This document shows, one piece after another, positions 9,354 to 19,126 of a stretch of DNA of 64,000 nt. The translations under genes and the position numbers were made by a program. The stretch comes from Verrucomicrobiota bacterium. GTDB taxonomy: Bacteria; Verrucomicrobiota; Verrucomicrobiia; Opitutales; Cerasicoccaceae. The stretch lies in assembly GCA_039818205.1 (NCBI GenBank), contig JBCBUK010000003.1:256001-320000 (forward strand), read 5' to 3'. The notes under the pieces are model-generated. The model made no database searches. It was given only the letters and a program-made list of their open reading frames with translations, and was not told the DNA's origin. Within the stretch, counting starts at the first letter, position 1; the number at the start of each line of letters is the position of its first letter.

Positions 9354-10133
9354 CTAGTCGGTTTCGACGGTAATCGATATTGGGCAATGGTCGCTCCCCA
9401 TCACCTCGCTAAGGATTTTTGCTTCCTTGATTTTCGGTAGGAGGCGCTCTGAGACGATGAAGTAGTCGATGCGCCAGCCGACATTTCGGCCGCGAGCGCC
9501 ACCACGGTAGCTCCACCAAGTGTAGTGGTCGGGAGCGTCCGGGAAAAAGTGCCGGAAAGTGTCAACAAACCCTGCATCAAGGTGTTTGCCAAACTCAACC
9601 CGCTCTTCGTCGGTAAAGCCAGCGGACTTTCGATTGGCTTTAGGGCGGGCGATATCGATTTCTTCGTGCGCGACATTGAAGTCCCCACATGCGATGACCG
9701 GTTTCTTTTGATCGAGGCGGGTCAAGTAATCCCGGAAATCGGGGTCAAAATGCGTGGTCCGGTAGTCAAGCCGCCGCAATCCGTCCTGCGAATTCGGAAC
9801 GTAGACGTTCACCAAATAGAAGTCACTAAATTCCGTGGTGAGGATGCGGCCTTCTTGGGGATGGGAATCATTGCCCTCGATTTCGACGAGCGTTGTCTCC
9901 GCCTCAAGCAGAGAGAGCGTGGCAGTTCCCGAGTAGCCTGCCTTGTCCGCGCTGTGGAAGTAGCGATGCGGAAACGGTAGCTCGAGTTCTGGTACCTGGT
10001 CAGCTCGTGCTTTGATTTCCTGCAGGCAGATGATGTCGGGCTTTTGGGCAGACAGAAAGTCTCCGAAGCCTTTTTTGAGAACGGCTCTCAGCCCGTTTAC
10101 GTTCCAAGAGATTATTTCGATAGTCGATGGCAT
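9354..10133 (-). CDS. xth: Exodeoxyribonuclease III
   Basis: SWNVNGLRA, CLQEIK, GDFNVAH, YTWWSYR, GWRIDY, GSDHCP. Confidence 0.97.
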   Translation of the reverse strand: MPSTIEIISWNVNGLRAVLKKGFGDFLSAQKPDIICLQEIKARADQVPELELPFPHRYFHSADKAGYSGTATLSLLEAETTLVEIEGNDSHPQEGRILTTEFSDFYLVNVYVPNSQDGLRRLDYRTTHFDPDFRDYLTRLDQKKPVIACGDFNVAHEEIDIARPKANRKSAGFTDEERVEFGKHLDAGFVDTFRHFFPDAPDHYTWWSYRGGARGRNVGWRIDYFIVSERLLPKIKEAKILSEVMGSDHCPISITVETD

Positions 10134-10284
10134 TGGGAGAACGGTTGTCTGATTAGGGGTCTAAAAAGGGACTTGTTTGGGCTGATCTGGATTCGCTTTC
10201 AGAACGAATGGTTGTCAAATATGAATTTTATTCATAATTGAAATGACTTTTAATCACTGTCTCAAATGGATCAAATTTCAAATT

Positions 10285-10300
10285 TGGCATAGTGAACGCT
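10285..10300 (+). promoter_or_regulatory. Sigma-54 (-24/-12) promoter
   Basis: TGGCATAGTGAACGCT fits GG-N10-GC, 65 bp before the ATG; palindrome TATGAAT-TTT-ATTCATA at 10220-10236 upstream. Confidence 0.6.
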
Positions 10301-10365
10301 AATTGTGTGAGTCAGATTCATATCTAAATCAACTCACTCTACACCATAGCAAGCTAACAAATTAA

Positions 10366-11700
10366 ATGACTAAGCATAAGACCATTATTACAGCTCTGTC
10401 CATGATCGGAGCTGCGTCAATCGCGGGAGGCGCCTTTTTTGATATTGGCGAAGCTCCTCCGAAGTGGGAAAACGCGAAACCCAATACCGAGCTCGGAAAA
10501 GACATCCTCGGCATTGCGGGCGAACCAGCACTACAGGGCCGATTGATCTACAATCAGCGCCTTCGCTACGAGTTTGCTGATCAGCAGAACTTGGAGCAGG
10601 CCAATGCGTTCACACTGCGGACTCGTATCGGCTATGAGACGCCAAAGCTCTATGGTATGTATTTCCTCGGTGAATTTGAAAACACCTGGGCAATCAACTA
10701 TCAGGACTACCGCGCATTTCCACAGCCTCAGTTCCCAGCGGCAAAGACGGTTATTGCCGATCCTCGAAACAACCAGCTGAACCAGTTGTTCTTCGGTTTC
10801 AAGGCCTACAACAGCGAATTCAAGGCTGGTCGCCAAGGTATCAACCTGGACAACCAACGTTTTGTTGGAACGGTTGCCTGGAGACAGAACGACCAAACCT
10901 ATGATGCGATTCGCTTTACCACGAAGATTATCACTGACGTTTGGCTTTCCTATGTCTGGGACTGGCAAGTCAACCGGATCTTCGGTGAATATGCGACTGT
11001 TCCAAATCAGCGCCGTTTCAATTCGAATAACCACTTCGTTAACCTCCATTACACGGGCATTCCTTGGGGCACCGCCGGCGCTTACTTCTACTACGTCGAT
11101 CTGGACGGCGCCGCTGCGACTTCGGGATCTACCGCTGGTCTCTTCTTCAACGGTAAAGTTCCTTTGGCAGAAGACTGGTCTCTCCCATTTCGCGCTGAGT
11201 ATGCGTTCCAGACTAACAATCCTGGCACCTCTGGTGGACCAAATAACGACTTCTTCCTCAACTATATTCATGCGAAGTTGGGTGTAAACTACACCGGCAA
11301 GTATGAGATTGGTTTCGGCTTCGAAAGCCTTGGTGGAAATAACACCCGTGCGTTCCAGACTCCACTGGCAACTCTGCACAAGTTCAATGGTTGGAATGAC
11401 GTGTTCTTGTTCACACCAGTTACCGCAACTGGCAGCGGTCTTCAGGACTACTACGTCTACTTCAAGGCTGGATTGCCGTGGAAGATTGGTTTCTTCGGTG
11501 CCTATCACTACTTCACTGCGGAGAACACCAGCCGCACCTATGGTCAAGAAATTGACGTTGGCTTGAAGCGTGCGATCACCGAGAACGTCAGTGTTTTGAC
11601 CAAGTTCGGCTACTACGATGGCCACGGCGGCGCTGCAGCAGCTGGTGGTCTTGGTTTCGACCGCACCAAGTTCTGGGTTCAAGTAGACTTTAAACTCTAA
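10366..11700 (+). CDS. Outer-membrane beta-barrel protein, alginate-export-like family
   Basis: Signal peptide; RLRYE, KAGRQGINLDNQRFVGTVAWRQNDQTYDA, FQTPLATLHKFNGW; ends KFWVQVDFKL. Confidence 0.82.
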   Translation: MTKHKTIITALSMIGAASIAGGAFFDIGEAPPKWENAKPNTELGKDILGIAGEPALQGRLIYNQRLRYEFADQQNLEQANAFTLRTRIGYETPKLYGMYFLGEFENTWAINYQDYRAFPQPQFPAAKTVIADPRNNQLNQLFFGFKAYNSEFKAGRQGINLDNQRFVGTVAWRQNDQTYDAIRFTTKIITDVWLSYVWDWQVNRIFGEYATVPNQRRFNSNNHFVNLHYTGIPWGTAGAYFYYVDLDGAAATSGSTAGLFFNGKVPLAEDWSLPFRAEYAFQTNNPGTSGGPNNDFFLNYIHAKLGVNYTGKYEIGFGFESLGGNNTRAFQTPLATLHKFNGWNDVFLFTPVTATGSGLQDYYVYFKAGLPWKIGFFGAYHYFTAENTSRTYGQEIDVGLKRAITENVSVLTKFGYYDGHGGAAAAGGLGFDRTKFWVQVDFKL

Positions 11701-11724
11701 GCGTTAGGTTTGTATCGGTTAATA

Positions 11725-11762
11725 AAGCTGTCGGAGCGTCATGCTTCGGCAGCTTTTTTTTC
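11725..11762 (+). terminator. Rho-independent terminator
   Basis: AAGCTGTCGGAGC-GTCAT-GCTTCGGCAGCTT followed by a T run. Confidence 0.85.
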
Positions 11763-11801
11763 TGGAGTTGCGGTGAGCATGTTTCGCCATACTGTGGGAA
11801 C

Positions 11802-12302
11802 ATGGAAGAAGTGAAACCAATTGAGATCCTCCGCCTTTGGACCTCAACCGGTCATGATTTTAAGGGACGACACGGGCTCGGGCGAATGGAGCATGGCGTT
11901 GCCGAACAGAAAATTATCGAGTGTCATGCCGGAAAAGGGGTCGTTGGCGATCGCTTTTACGACTACAAGCCCGACTTCAAAGGCCAGATTACCTTTTTTG
12001 ACGATTCCGTTGCTGACGAGCTTCAGCAGTCCTTGAATGTCGCTGACTTGGATCCTTCGGCATTCCGACGCAATGTCCTAGTTCGGGGCGTCGATCTGAA
12101 TGAGCTGATTGGAAAAACCTTTTACCTCGACGGGATTGGATTCGCGGGTTCCGAAGAATGCTCGCCGTGTTATTGGATGGACGAGGCAGTCGCGCCAGGT
12201 GCATTTGAGTGGTTAAAGGGACGTGGTGGATTGCGCTGTCGAATTTTGACCTCGGGGCAATTGTCGATAGGCTCATCCATGCTCAATATTAGCCATGAAT
12301 GA
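11802..12302 (+). CDS. MOSC-domain protein (molybdenum cofactor sulfurase C-terminal)
   Basis: GVVGDRF, FRRNV, DLNELIGK, CSPCYWM, GRGGLRCRIL. Confidence 0.9.
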   Translation: MEEVKPIEILRLWTSTGHDFKGRHGLGRMEHGVAEQKIIECHAGKGVVGDRFYDYKPDFKGQITFFDDSVADELQQSLNVADLDPSAFRRNVLVRGVDLNELIGKTFYLDGIGFAGSEECSPCYWMDEAVAPGAFEWLKGRGGLRCRILTSGQLSIGSSMLNISHE

Positions 12303-13497
12303 TTTGATCAGCGTCGGTGAAGCGGATTCACGTCTGCAAAGTCACAATGTAGCAAGCCCACTGATTCTTTGCCCGTTGTCGAAAGCAGCCGGGCGAATCG
12401 CGGGAGAGGATATTTTGGCAGATCGTCCATTGCCACCGTTTGACCGTGTTATGATGGATGGCTATGCCTTGCGATTCGAAAGCGTCGAAAAGGGCCAGGC
12501 AGAGCTCGAAGTTGTTGCTCAGGCATTGGCGGGAGAGCCCGCGTCGACCTTGCCGGATGGCGTGGGAAACGCTGTTGAAGTGATGACTGGAGCTCCGTTG
12601 CCAATTGGTGCGGATACGGTTGTTCCTTACGAGGTGACTCAGCGTGATGGTAGCCGCTGTTCATTGCTTGATCTCGCTGACATCGAGCGCGGGCAGTATA
12701 TACACCCGCTCGGTTCCGATTTTCCTAACCAAAGCATTTTGGTTGAAGCTGATAAGGTATTGGGGCCGGTGGAAATGGGTATTGCCGCCTCCTGCGGCTA
12801 TTCCGAAATCTTGGTCCGTGCGCATCCGCGGATAGCCGTCGCGAGTACGGGCGATGAGTTAGTGCCGATTGGAGATACGCCGCTGGTCCATCAGATTCGC
12901 GCTTCCAATGCGACGGCCATCGAATCTGCACTGGGTTTGAGTGGTTTCAATGTCGGGTCGATCGTCCATTGGGATGACGATGCCGAGATGGGGGCGACCC
13001 AGCTCCGCGAAACCTTGAACGTTTGCGAGATCTTGATCATTGCTGGCGCGGTTTCCAAGGGAGTCCGTGACTGGGTCCCCGGGGCGCTCGATACGCTGGC
13101 TAAACCGGTGTTTCACGGGGTGAAACAGCGGCCAGGCAAGCCGATGGGCTTTTGGGTGACCGACGATGATAAAGCGATTTTCGCACTTCCAGGTAATCCG
13201 GTATCGGCCCTGGTTGGGGCGCATCGCTACGTGATTCCCTATCTAGAGGCTCGTGAGCAGCGACGCTCGGGCGGGTGTCGAACGGTTACGCTTGCGGAAG
13301 GGGTTTCATTTGAGCCGCCGCTGACATGGTTCCTTCCCGTTGTCCTCCAGAGCGATGGTTCAGCCTTGCCGCTCCCAGTCAGGAATTCCGGCGATTATGC
13401 GCGTCTGCACGGATCGGACGGATTTATCGAATTACCCGCCGAGGATTCAGCGTGGACACCGGGGACTGAGGCAGCATTTTATCCATGGTCAGTATGA
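12295..13497 (+). CDS. moeA: Molybdopterin molybdenumtransferase
   Basis: PPFDRVMMDGYA, MTGAPLP, STGDEL, QRPGKP, LPGNPVS. Confidence 0.96.
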   Translation: MNDLISVGEADSRLQSHNVASPLILCPLSKAAGRIAGEDILADRPLPPFDRVMMDGYALRFESVEKGQAELEVVAQALAGEPASTLPDGVGNAVEVMTGAPLPIGADTVVPYEVTQRDGSRCSLLDLADIERGQYIHPLGSDFPNQSILVEADKVLGPVEMGIAASCGYSEILVRAHPRIAVASTGDELVPIGDTPLVHQIRASNATAIESALGLSGFNVGSIVHWDDDAEMGATQLRETLNVCEILIIAGAVSKGVRDWVPGALDTLAKPVFHGVKQRPGKPMGFWVTDDDKAIFALPGNPVSALVGAHRYVIPYLEAREQRRSGGCRTVTLAEGVSFEPPLTWFLPVVLQSDGSALPLPVRNSGDYARLHGSDGFIELPAEDSAWTPGTEAAFYPWSV

Positions 13498-13982
13498 GTG
13501 ACTCTTTAACCCATTTTGATGAAACCGCGAAACCGCGGATGGTTGACGTTTCGGAAAAAGCCATTACCAAGCGGGAAGCCGTTGCGGAGGCGCTAGTCTC
13601 ATTTTCCGAGGAGGCCTGGAAGACGCTGGCAGAAAGCGGCTTCACGACCAAGAAGGGATCCCTTTTTGACGTGGCTATCGTGGCTGGGACCATGGGTGTT
13701 AAGCAGACCAGCCTCTTGATCCCGTTCTGTCATCCGTTGGTCATCGATGGCTGCAAATTTGAAGTCACTCCAGTTCACGAGGATCGGATGATCCGTATTC
13801 GCTGTCGGGTGAAAATAACCGCGAAGACGGGGGTTGAGATGGAGGCCTTAACCGGTGCCTCTGCCGCCGCACTAACGATCTATGACATGACCAAAGCGCT
13901 TGGCCACGGCATTGAGATAGTGAGTACTCGTTTGATTTCTAAGACCGGTGGCAAGGAGGACTATTTCGCAAACGATGTCTGA
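13494..13982 (+). CDS. moaC: Cyclic pyranopterin monophosphate synthase
   Basis: LTHFD...MVDVSEK, LIPFCHP, TGVEMEAL, IYDMTKA; ATGA overlap with moeA. Confidence 0.97.
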   Translation: MSDSLTHFDETAKPRMVDVSEKAITKREAVAEALVSFSEEAWKTLAESGFTTKKGSLFDVAIVAGTMGVKQTSLLIPFCHPLVIDGCKFEVTPVHEDRMIRIRCRVKITAKTGVEMEALTGASAAALTIYDMTKALGHGIEIVSTRLISKTGGKEDYFANDV

Positions 13983-14604
13983 GATGGATCCAACACCACC
14001 ACCAATTCTTGGCTTGGTACTTGCCGGAGGGCGTAGTCGCCGGATGGGGCAGGACAAGGCCGCCCTGCGCTGGGGGGCGGATGGAGTTCCTCTTTGGCGG
14101 CGCCAGATAGAGTTGTTGCGGTCTTGCGATCTGCCGGTTGCCGTTTCGATTCGGCAGGGGCAGGAGTTGGAGGACGCAGCGAATGTCGAGTGCATTGCCG
14201 ATGCGGTCGACGATGCTGGGCCTCTGTCGGGATTTCTCAGTGCCTGGAAGCGTTATCCGGAACACGCCTTGTTGGTCGTGGCCTGCGATCTGCCACTCTT
14301 GGATCATGCGACCGTTCAATATCTCTTGGATCATCGAGATCCGAATCGAGTGGGCACCGCCTACGAGAGCGCCAATGATCACCTGCCTGAGCCACTCTGT
14401 GCGCTTTGGGAGCCGGCGTCGAGGGCGTTGCTCGAGCAGAGCATCGCGTCGGATCGCTATTGCCCGCGCAAGGTACTAATCAATGCCGAGGATGATGTAC
14501 TGCTGCTCAGTTTGCCCAACCGCAATGCGTTGGAAAATGCCAACACACCGGAGGAGTTGTCCCGCTTGAAAGAAATGATTGGAGAATCGGAGGTTAGCTC
14601 GTGA
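13975..14604 (+). CDS. mobA: Molybdenum cofactor guanylyltransferase
   Basis: LAGGRSRRMGQDKA, GPLSG, VACDLP, PEPLCALW, NANTPEE. Confidence 0.93.
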   Translation: MSEMDPTPPPILGLVLAGGRSRRMGQDKAALRWGADGVPLWRRQIELLRSCDLPVAVSIRQGQELEDAANVECIADAVDDAGPLSGFLSAWKRYPEHALLVVACDLPLLDHATVQYLLDHRDPNRVGTAYESANDHLPEPLCALWEPASRALLEQSIASDRYCPRKVLINAEDDVLLLSLPNRNALENANTPEELSRLKEMIGESEVSS

Positions 14605-14843
14605 AACAAATAAAGCTTTTATATTTTGCGCAATTGGGGGCCCAGGCTGGAAACGCTGAGGAATCCCTCTCAACCGAGCTGGACAGCCTCGAGGCACTGT
14701 TCGATGACCGGAAGACCGCGCATGGCTGGGATCTTTCAGTGAAAAATATTCGGTTTGCGCGCAATGATGACTTCTGTTCTGCGTCTGATAGGTTTCACGA
14801 CGGAGATGTCATTGCTTTCATGCCACCCATGTCTGGAGGTTAG
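14601..14843 (+). CDS. moaD: Molybdopterin synthase sulfur carrier subunit
   Basis: LYFAQL...DGDVIAFMPPMSGG with C-terminal GG. Confidence 0.95.
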   Translation: MKQIKLLYFAQLGAQAGNAEESLSTELDSLEALFDDRKTAHGWDLSVKNIRFARNDDFCSASDRFHDGDVIAFMPPMSGG

Positions 14844-14847
14844 TGAG

Positions 14848-15306
14848 ATGTTTTTTTTGACCAATAGTTCGATTGAGACCGGACCGCTGCGCAACGAGTT
14901 GTTGCGCTTGGACGCTGGCGGCTATTGCAGCTTTGAAGGCTGGGTGCGGAATCACCACTTGGGGCGAGACGTAGAACGTTTGGAGTATCAAGCCTACGAG
15001 CGGCTGGCTTTGAAACAGGGACAAGCCGTACTGGCCGATGCCTGTTCGCGTTTCGATTTATTGGGTGCGCGCGCAATTCATCGGACGGGCTGTCTCTATC
15101 CGGGAGATATGGCTGTGTGGGTTGGCGTGTGTAGCGTGCACCGTAGTGAAGCCTTTGAAGCCTGCCGTTTTATCATCGATGATATAAAAGCTACGGTTCC
15201 GATTTGGAAGCACGAGTTTTACGGCGACGGAACGGATGAGTGGGTCGACCCAACTGCCTGTCACTGTGACCATCGGCACATTAGCAACGAAGCAACCCAC
15301 ACGTGA
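14848..15306 (+). CDS. moaE: Molybdopterin synthase catalytic subunit
   Basis: FEGWVRNHH, LEYQAY, HRSEAFEACRFIIDDIKATVPIWKHE. Confidence 0.95.
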   Translation: MFFLTNSSIETGPLRNELLRLDAGGYCSFEGWVRNHHLGRDVERLEYQAYERLALKQGQAVLADACSRFDLLGARAIHRTGCLYPGDMAVWVGVCSVHRSEAFEACRFIIDDIKATVPIWKHEFYGDGTDEWVDPTACHCDHRHISNEATHT

Positions 15307-16349
15307 TATCGCCGGAACCCAGTTCGAATGCCAGCACGGCCTCTGCGCCGGCGGATCGGCGTGGACGCCATCTGCGGGATCTCCGGATTTCGTTGATTGA
15401 TCGCTGCAATCTCCGTTGCCAGTATTGTTTGCCGGCTGAATTGTTTGGGGAGAATTTCCGATTCCTGCCGAAGGATCAGCTGCTCTCCTTTGACGAGATT
15501 GTTCGGATTGTGGATGCTTTTCTAGTGCTGGGTGTCGAGAAAATTCGTTTGACCGGTGGTGAGCCATTGTTGCGCCCGGGAATCGTCGAATTGGTTGAGC
15601 GCATTCGTGCTTTGGATTCCAAAGTAGATTTGGCGTTAACCACCAATGCCCTGAAATTGGCCCCCTTGGCGGGGCAGCTGAAGGCGGCGGGCCTGGATCG
15701 AGTGAATGTTAGCTTGGATGCTTTGGATTACAAAGTCGCGGCTGAGATGGCAGGTCGCAGTCATGATCCTCAGCGGGTGTTGGATGCCGTTGCTTCCGCG
15801 GAGTCTGCTGGACTAGGCGTGAAGCTAAACGCCGTCATTAAGCGTGGTGTCAATGATACGGAGATTCTGCCACTGGCCCGTAAGTGCAAGGAGCGCGGTT
15901 GGAGCCTGCGCTTTATTGAATACATGGATGTTGGTGCGAGTAATGGTTGGCGCCGCGAGGATGTGGTGACAGGAGCCGAGATGCGCGAGCAGTTGTCGGT
16001 GCTCGGAAAGCTGACGCCGGTTCCGGCCAAAGTTTTCGGTGAAGTCGCCCGTCGTTATCGATATGAAGACGACGGCGTCGAGGTCGGCTTTATCGAGTCG
16101 ATTAGTGCTCCGTTCTGTGGCAGTTGCACCCGCGCTCGGGTATCGGCAACGGGCGATCTCTTCACTTGTTTGTTTGCCCATCGCGGACGACCCCTCAAGC
16201 CCCTGTTAGATGCAGGTGAGGAGCTTGTGCCAGCGTTGGCGAAGCTGTGGTCACATCGGGACGACCGCTATTCGGAGACGCGAATCGTCCATTCGCATGC
16301 TGCCTCGCCGCAAGAGGCTCCAGAGGAGATGTGGCGTCTGGGAGGCTAG
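15303..16349 (+). CDS. moaA: GTP 3',8-cyclase (radical SAM)
   Basis: CNLRCQYC, TGGEPLLR, FCGSCTRAR...C, C-terminal GG. Confidence 0.97.
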   Translation: MISPEPSSNASTASAPADRRGRHLRDLRISLIDRCNLRCQYCLPAELFGENFRFLPKDQLLSFDEIVRIVDAFLVLGVEKIRLTGGEPLLRPGIVELVERIRALDSKVDLALTTNALKLAPLAGQLKAAGLDRVNVSLDALDYKVAAEMAGRSHDPQRVLDAVASAESAGLGVKLNAVIKRGVNDTEILPLARKCKERGWSLRFIEYMDVGASNGWRREDVVTGAEMREQLSVLGKLTPVPAKVFGEVARRYRYEDDGVEVGFIESISAPFCGSCTRARVSATGDLFTCLFAHRGRPLKPLLDAGEELVPALAKLWSHRDDRYSETRIVHSHAASPQEAPEEMWRLGG

Positions 16350-16355
16350 GGGACC

Positions 16356-17114
16356 ATGGTCTGGATCCCCATTGCATTTGGTGCGGTTGCCTTCCTCTAT
16401 GCGCTGGCTGGTTTTGGCGGTGGCTCGACATACATAGCGCTCCTGGTGATCGCGGGCTTGCCCTTGGCGGTAATCCCCGTGATTTCGCTGACCTGCAATT
16501 TGATCGTCTCAGGTCAGGGAGCTTGTCAGTTGTCTCGGCGGGGGCACATTCAATGGCGGATGCTCGTTCCACTCTTGCTGGGGTCGATGCCCGCCGCCTT
16601 TTTAGGTGGCGCGTGGCAATTGTCGGGCGAGGTATTTCTATGGGTTCTGACTGTGACGCTGACTGCCGCTGGCGTAGCGTTACTTTGGCGTCCGGTCCCG
16701 GAAACGTCGAATCGTCAGAACCGCACCGCAAAATACTCGACCACGCTTCTGCTGGGATCCGTGCTTGGCTTAGTATCGGGTCTGTCAGGGATCGGTGGCG
16801 GCATATTTCTCGCTCCGGTATTGCATTTGTTGCGCTGGGATACAGCTCGCGCGATCAGTTCTGCGGCGGCAGTTTTTATTGCCTTAAATAGTCTCGCGGG
16901 CCTGGTGGGCCAACTCACCAAGGGGCTTGGGCGGCTGGGTGAGGTCCCGGCATTTTTGCTCTGGGCTTGTCCGGTGGCTGTTCTAATTGGTGGTGTCGTT
17001 GGAAGCCACCAGTTAGCTACAAAGTTATCAAGTGATCGTATTCGGCGCGTCACCGCAATTGTGGTTTTGCTGGTTGCGCTGCGCCTATGGTTACGCTTGC
17101 TCGTGGGCAGCTGA
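16356..17114 (+). CDS. TauE/SafE (sulfite exporter) family membrane protein
   Basis: AGFGGGSTY and GIGGGIFLAP internal repeat; about 8 TM helices. Confidence 0.88.
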   Translation: MVWIPIAFGAVAFLYALAGFGGGSTYIALLVIAGLPLAVIPVISLTCNLIVSGQGACQLSRRGHIQWRMLVPLLLGSMPAAFLGGAWQLSGEVFLWVLTVTLTAAGVALLWRPVPETSNRQNRTAKYSTTLLLGSVLGLVSGLSGIGGGIFLAPVLHLLRWDTARAISSAAAVFIALNSLAGLVGQLTKGLGRLGEVPAFLLWACPVAVLIGGVVGSHQLATKLSSDRIRRVTAIVVLLVALRLWLRLLVGS

Positions 17115-17890
17115 TGCGTTGTCCTGCGCTTATGCCAAGCAACGGAACCCGCGGACACCCCCTTTGGCGATTTGACCGCCAACGCCTTCGGTCGACGGAG
17201 GCGCCGGGTATTGTTGGCGTGGATGAAGCGGGTCGTGGGGCTTTGGCTGGCCCGGTGGTAGCCGCGGCGGCCTTTCTCAGTAACTCCGCCTACGAGGAGT
17301 CCTCGTTTCGCCGCCACTCGCGGGCGATCAATGACTCCAAGCAACTTAGTCCAGAGGAGCGGGACGCGCAGTTTGTCTTGATCGAGTCCTGGCGGATAGC
17401 CGGATTGGTTTTGGTCGCTCCCGGAGTGGCCAGTGTGGAAGAGATCGAATCGTTGAATATATTGGGGGCGACACGCTTGGCGATGCAACGGGCTCTTGAA
17501 GCGATTGACGTGGCGCTTTGTCCGGCGGGTGAGGACGCTGTCGATGAGTTAATCGGATCAGAGATGGCGGCAAGCCAGTTTCCGTTGATGTTGGTGGATG
17601 GCAAGCCACTCAAACCCTTTCCTTGGGCGCACACGGGTGTTGTGGGCGGCGACGGCAAAAGCCTTGCGATTGCCATGGCGTCCATTGTGGCGAAGGTCAC
17701 ACGGGATCGCCTTATGGTCGAGCTTCATCAAGAAGATGGGCGCTACGGTTACAACTCCCACAAAGGCTACGGTGCCCCCAAGCATGTGCAGGCAATACAC
17801 GCCCACGGTGCGTCGGTTCATCATCGATCCAAATTCCTGCGGAAATTGATTTCTGACGAACCATCGGCCGAACAGGTTGAATTGTTTTAG
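17114..17890 (+). CDS. rnhB: Ribonuclease HII
   Basis: GVDEAGRGALAGPV, DSKQL, LVDG, IAMASIVAKVTRD, HKGYG. Confidence 0.96.
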   Translation: MRCPALMPSNGTRGHPLWRFDRQRLRSTEAPGIVGVDEAGRGALAGPVVAAAAFLSNSAYEESSFRRHSRAINDSKQLSPEERDAQFVLIESWRIAGLVLVAPGVASVEEIESLNILGATRLAMQRALEAIDVALCPAGEDAVDELIGSEMAASQFPLMLVDGKPLKPFPWAHTGVVGGDGKSLAIAMASIVAKVTRDRLMVELHQEDGRYGYNSHKGYGAPKHVQAIHAHGASVHHRSKFLRKLISDEPSAEQVELF

Positions 17891-17941
17891 ACTTTGCCTT
17901 CATTGGGGTCCCTGTAGAATCTAACTTTTACCGAAACCCTT

Positions 17942-18706
17942 ATGATCTCCAAAAACATCTTACTTGGCGTCAATATTGACCACAGTGCGACGGTGCGTCA
18001 GGCGCGCTACCGAAGCCATCCTGATGATCGTGGTGGCATGGTGGAGCCTGATCCGGTGGATTTCGCCCTGGCGGCGCAGCGGGCGGGTGCCGACGCGATC
18101 ACTTTGCACTTGCGCGAGGATCGCCGTCACATTGTGGACAGCGATGTCTACCGTATGAAAGACATGATTCAACTGCCGATGAATCTTGAAATGGCTGCGA
18201 CTGAGGAGATGACGCGGATCGCGACCGAGGTGATGCCGGCGGTGGTATTACTGGTTCCAGAGAGTCGCGAAGAGGTAACGACTGAGGGTGGGCTCGACGT
18301 GGTTGCGAATCGAGACCGGGTGGCCAAGGTCATCGAGACAATGCATGAAAAGCAAATCGAGGTCAGTTTGTTTATCGATCCAGACCCTTCGCAAATTGAT
18401 CAAGCGGCAGCCTTGGGTGCCGAGTATGTTGAGCTGCATACGGGCGGTTTTGCTCACGCTTATTACGAAGAAGGCATGCAAGCTGAACTCGATAAGCTCA
18501 AGCACGGGGCAGTGCACGCCCATGAAGCCAATCTAAAGGTCAATGCCGGGCACGGTATCAACTACACCAATATTCGTCATGCCCGGGAAATACCTTGGGT
18601 CTATGAGATGAACATTGGCCACAGCATCATCAGCCGCTCGTTGTTCGTTGGCGTTGATGAAGCGGTTCGTGAAATGAAAGCGAAGATGAATGGAGCGATC
18701 CGTTGA
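17942..18706 (+). CDS. pdxJ: Pyridoxine 5'-phosphate synthase
   Basis: LGVNIDH, HLREDRRHI, TTEGGLD, VELHTG, NAGHG, NIGH. Confidence 0.98.
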   Translation: MISKNILLGVNIDHSATVRQARYRSHPDDRGGMVEPDPVDFALAAQRAGADAITLHLREDRRHIVDSDVYRMKDMIQLPMNLEMAATEEMTRIATEVMPAVVLLVPESREEVTTEGGLDVVANRDRVAKVIETMHEKQIEVSLFIDPDPSQIDQAAALGAEYVELHTGGFAHAYYEEGMQAELDKLKHGAVHAHEANLKVNAGHGINYTNIRHAREIPWVYEMNIGHSIISRSLFVGVDEAVREMKAKMNGAIR

Positions 18707-19113
18707 TGATCGACCCAAAGACAATTAAAGGGGCCGTTCTAGGAATAGGTTGCGACCTAGTCGAGGTGGACCGAATCCGCTCCATGCACGAGCGGCATGG
18801 TGAACGCTTTATCGAGCGAATCTATACGCCCGTTGAAAGTGACTACTGCCTCGCTTTTAAGAATCCGTATGCGTCGCTGGCGGCCAGATTTGCGGCAAAA
18901 GAGGCCGTCTCTAAAGCGTTTGGAACGGGCATTGGTGCAGAGTTGGGTTGGCTCTCGGTGAGTGTTGTCAAAGATGACGCTGGCGCACCGAGTATCGTGC
19001 TCGATGAGCTTGGGCGAACCTTGCTGGAAAAATTTCATGGAACGGGCGTGCTGATTTCATTGTCGCACACCGCGAACCTTGCCCAAGCCTACGCGATCGT
19101 CGTGGGCGATTAA
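18703..19113 (+). CDS. acpS: Holo-[acyl-carrier-protein] synthase
   Basis: GIGCDLVE, AARFAAKEAVSKAFGTG, ISLSH. Confidence 0.96.
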   Translation: MMIDPKTIKGAVLGIGCDLVEVDRIRSMHERHGERFIERIYTPVESDYCLAFKNPYASLAARFAAKEAVSKAFGTGIGAELGWLSVSVVKDDAGAPSIVLDELGRTLLEKFHGTGVLISLSHTANLAQAYAIVVGD

Positions 19114-19126
19114 TCTGTCTCCTGAT

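Noticed and set aside
10531..11682. 383-aa ORF antisense to the porin, and similar long antisense ORFs over pnp, tal, hemB and pckG
   Set aside because: Shadow frames of strongly codon-biased genes with no recognisable motifs
11701..11801. Moco riboswitch or ModE box before the Moco operon
   Set aside because: Only about 40 bp remain after the terminator, and no such consensus is visible
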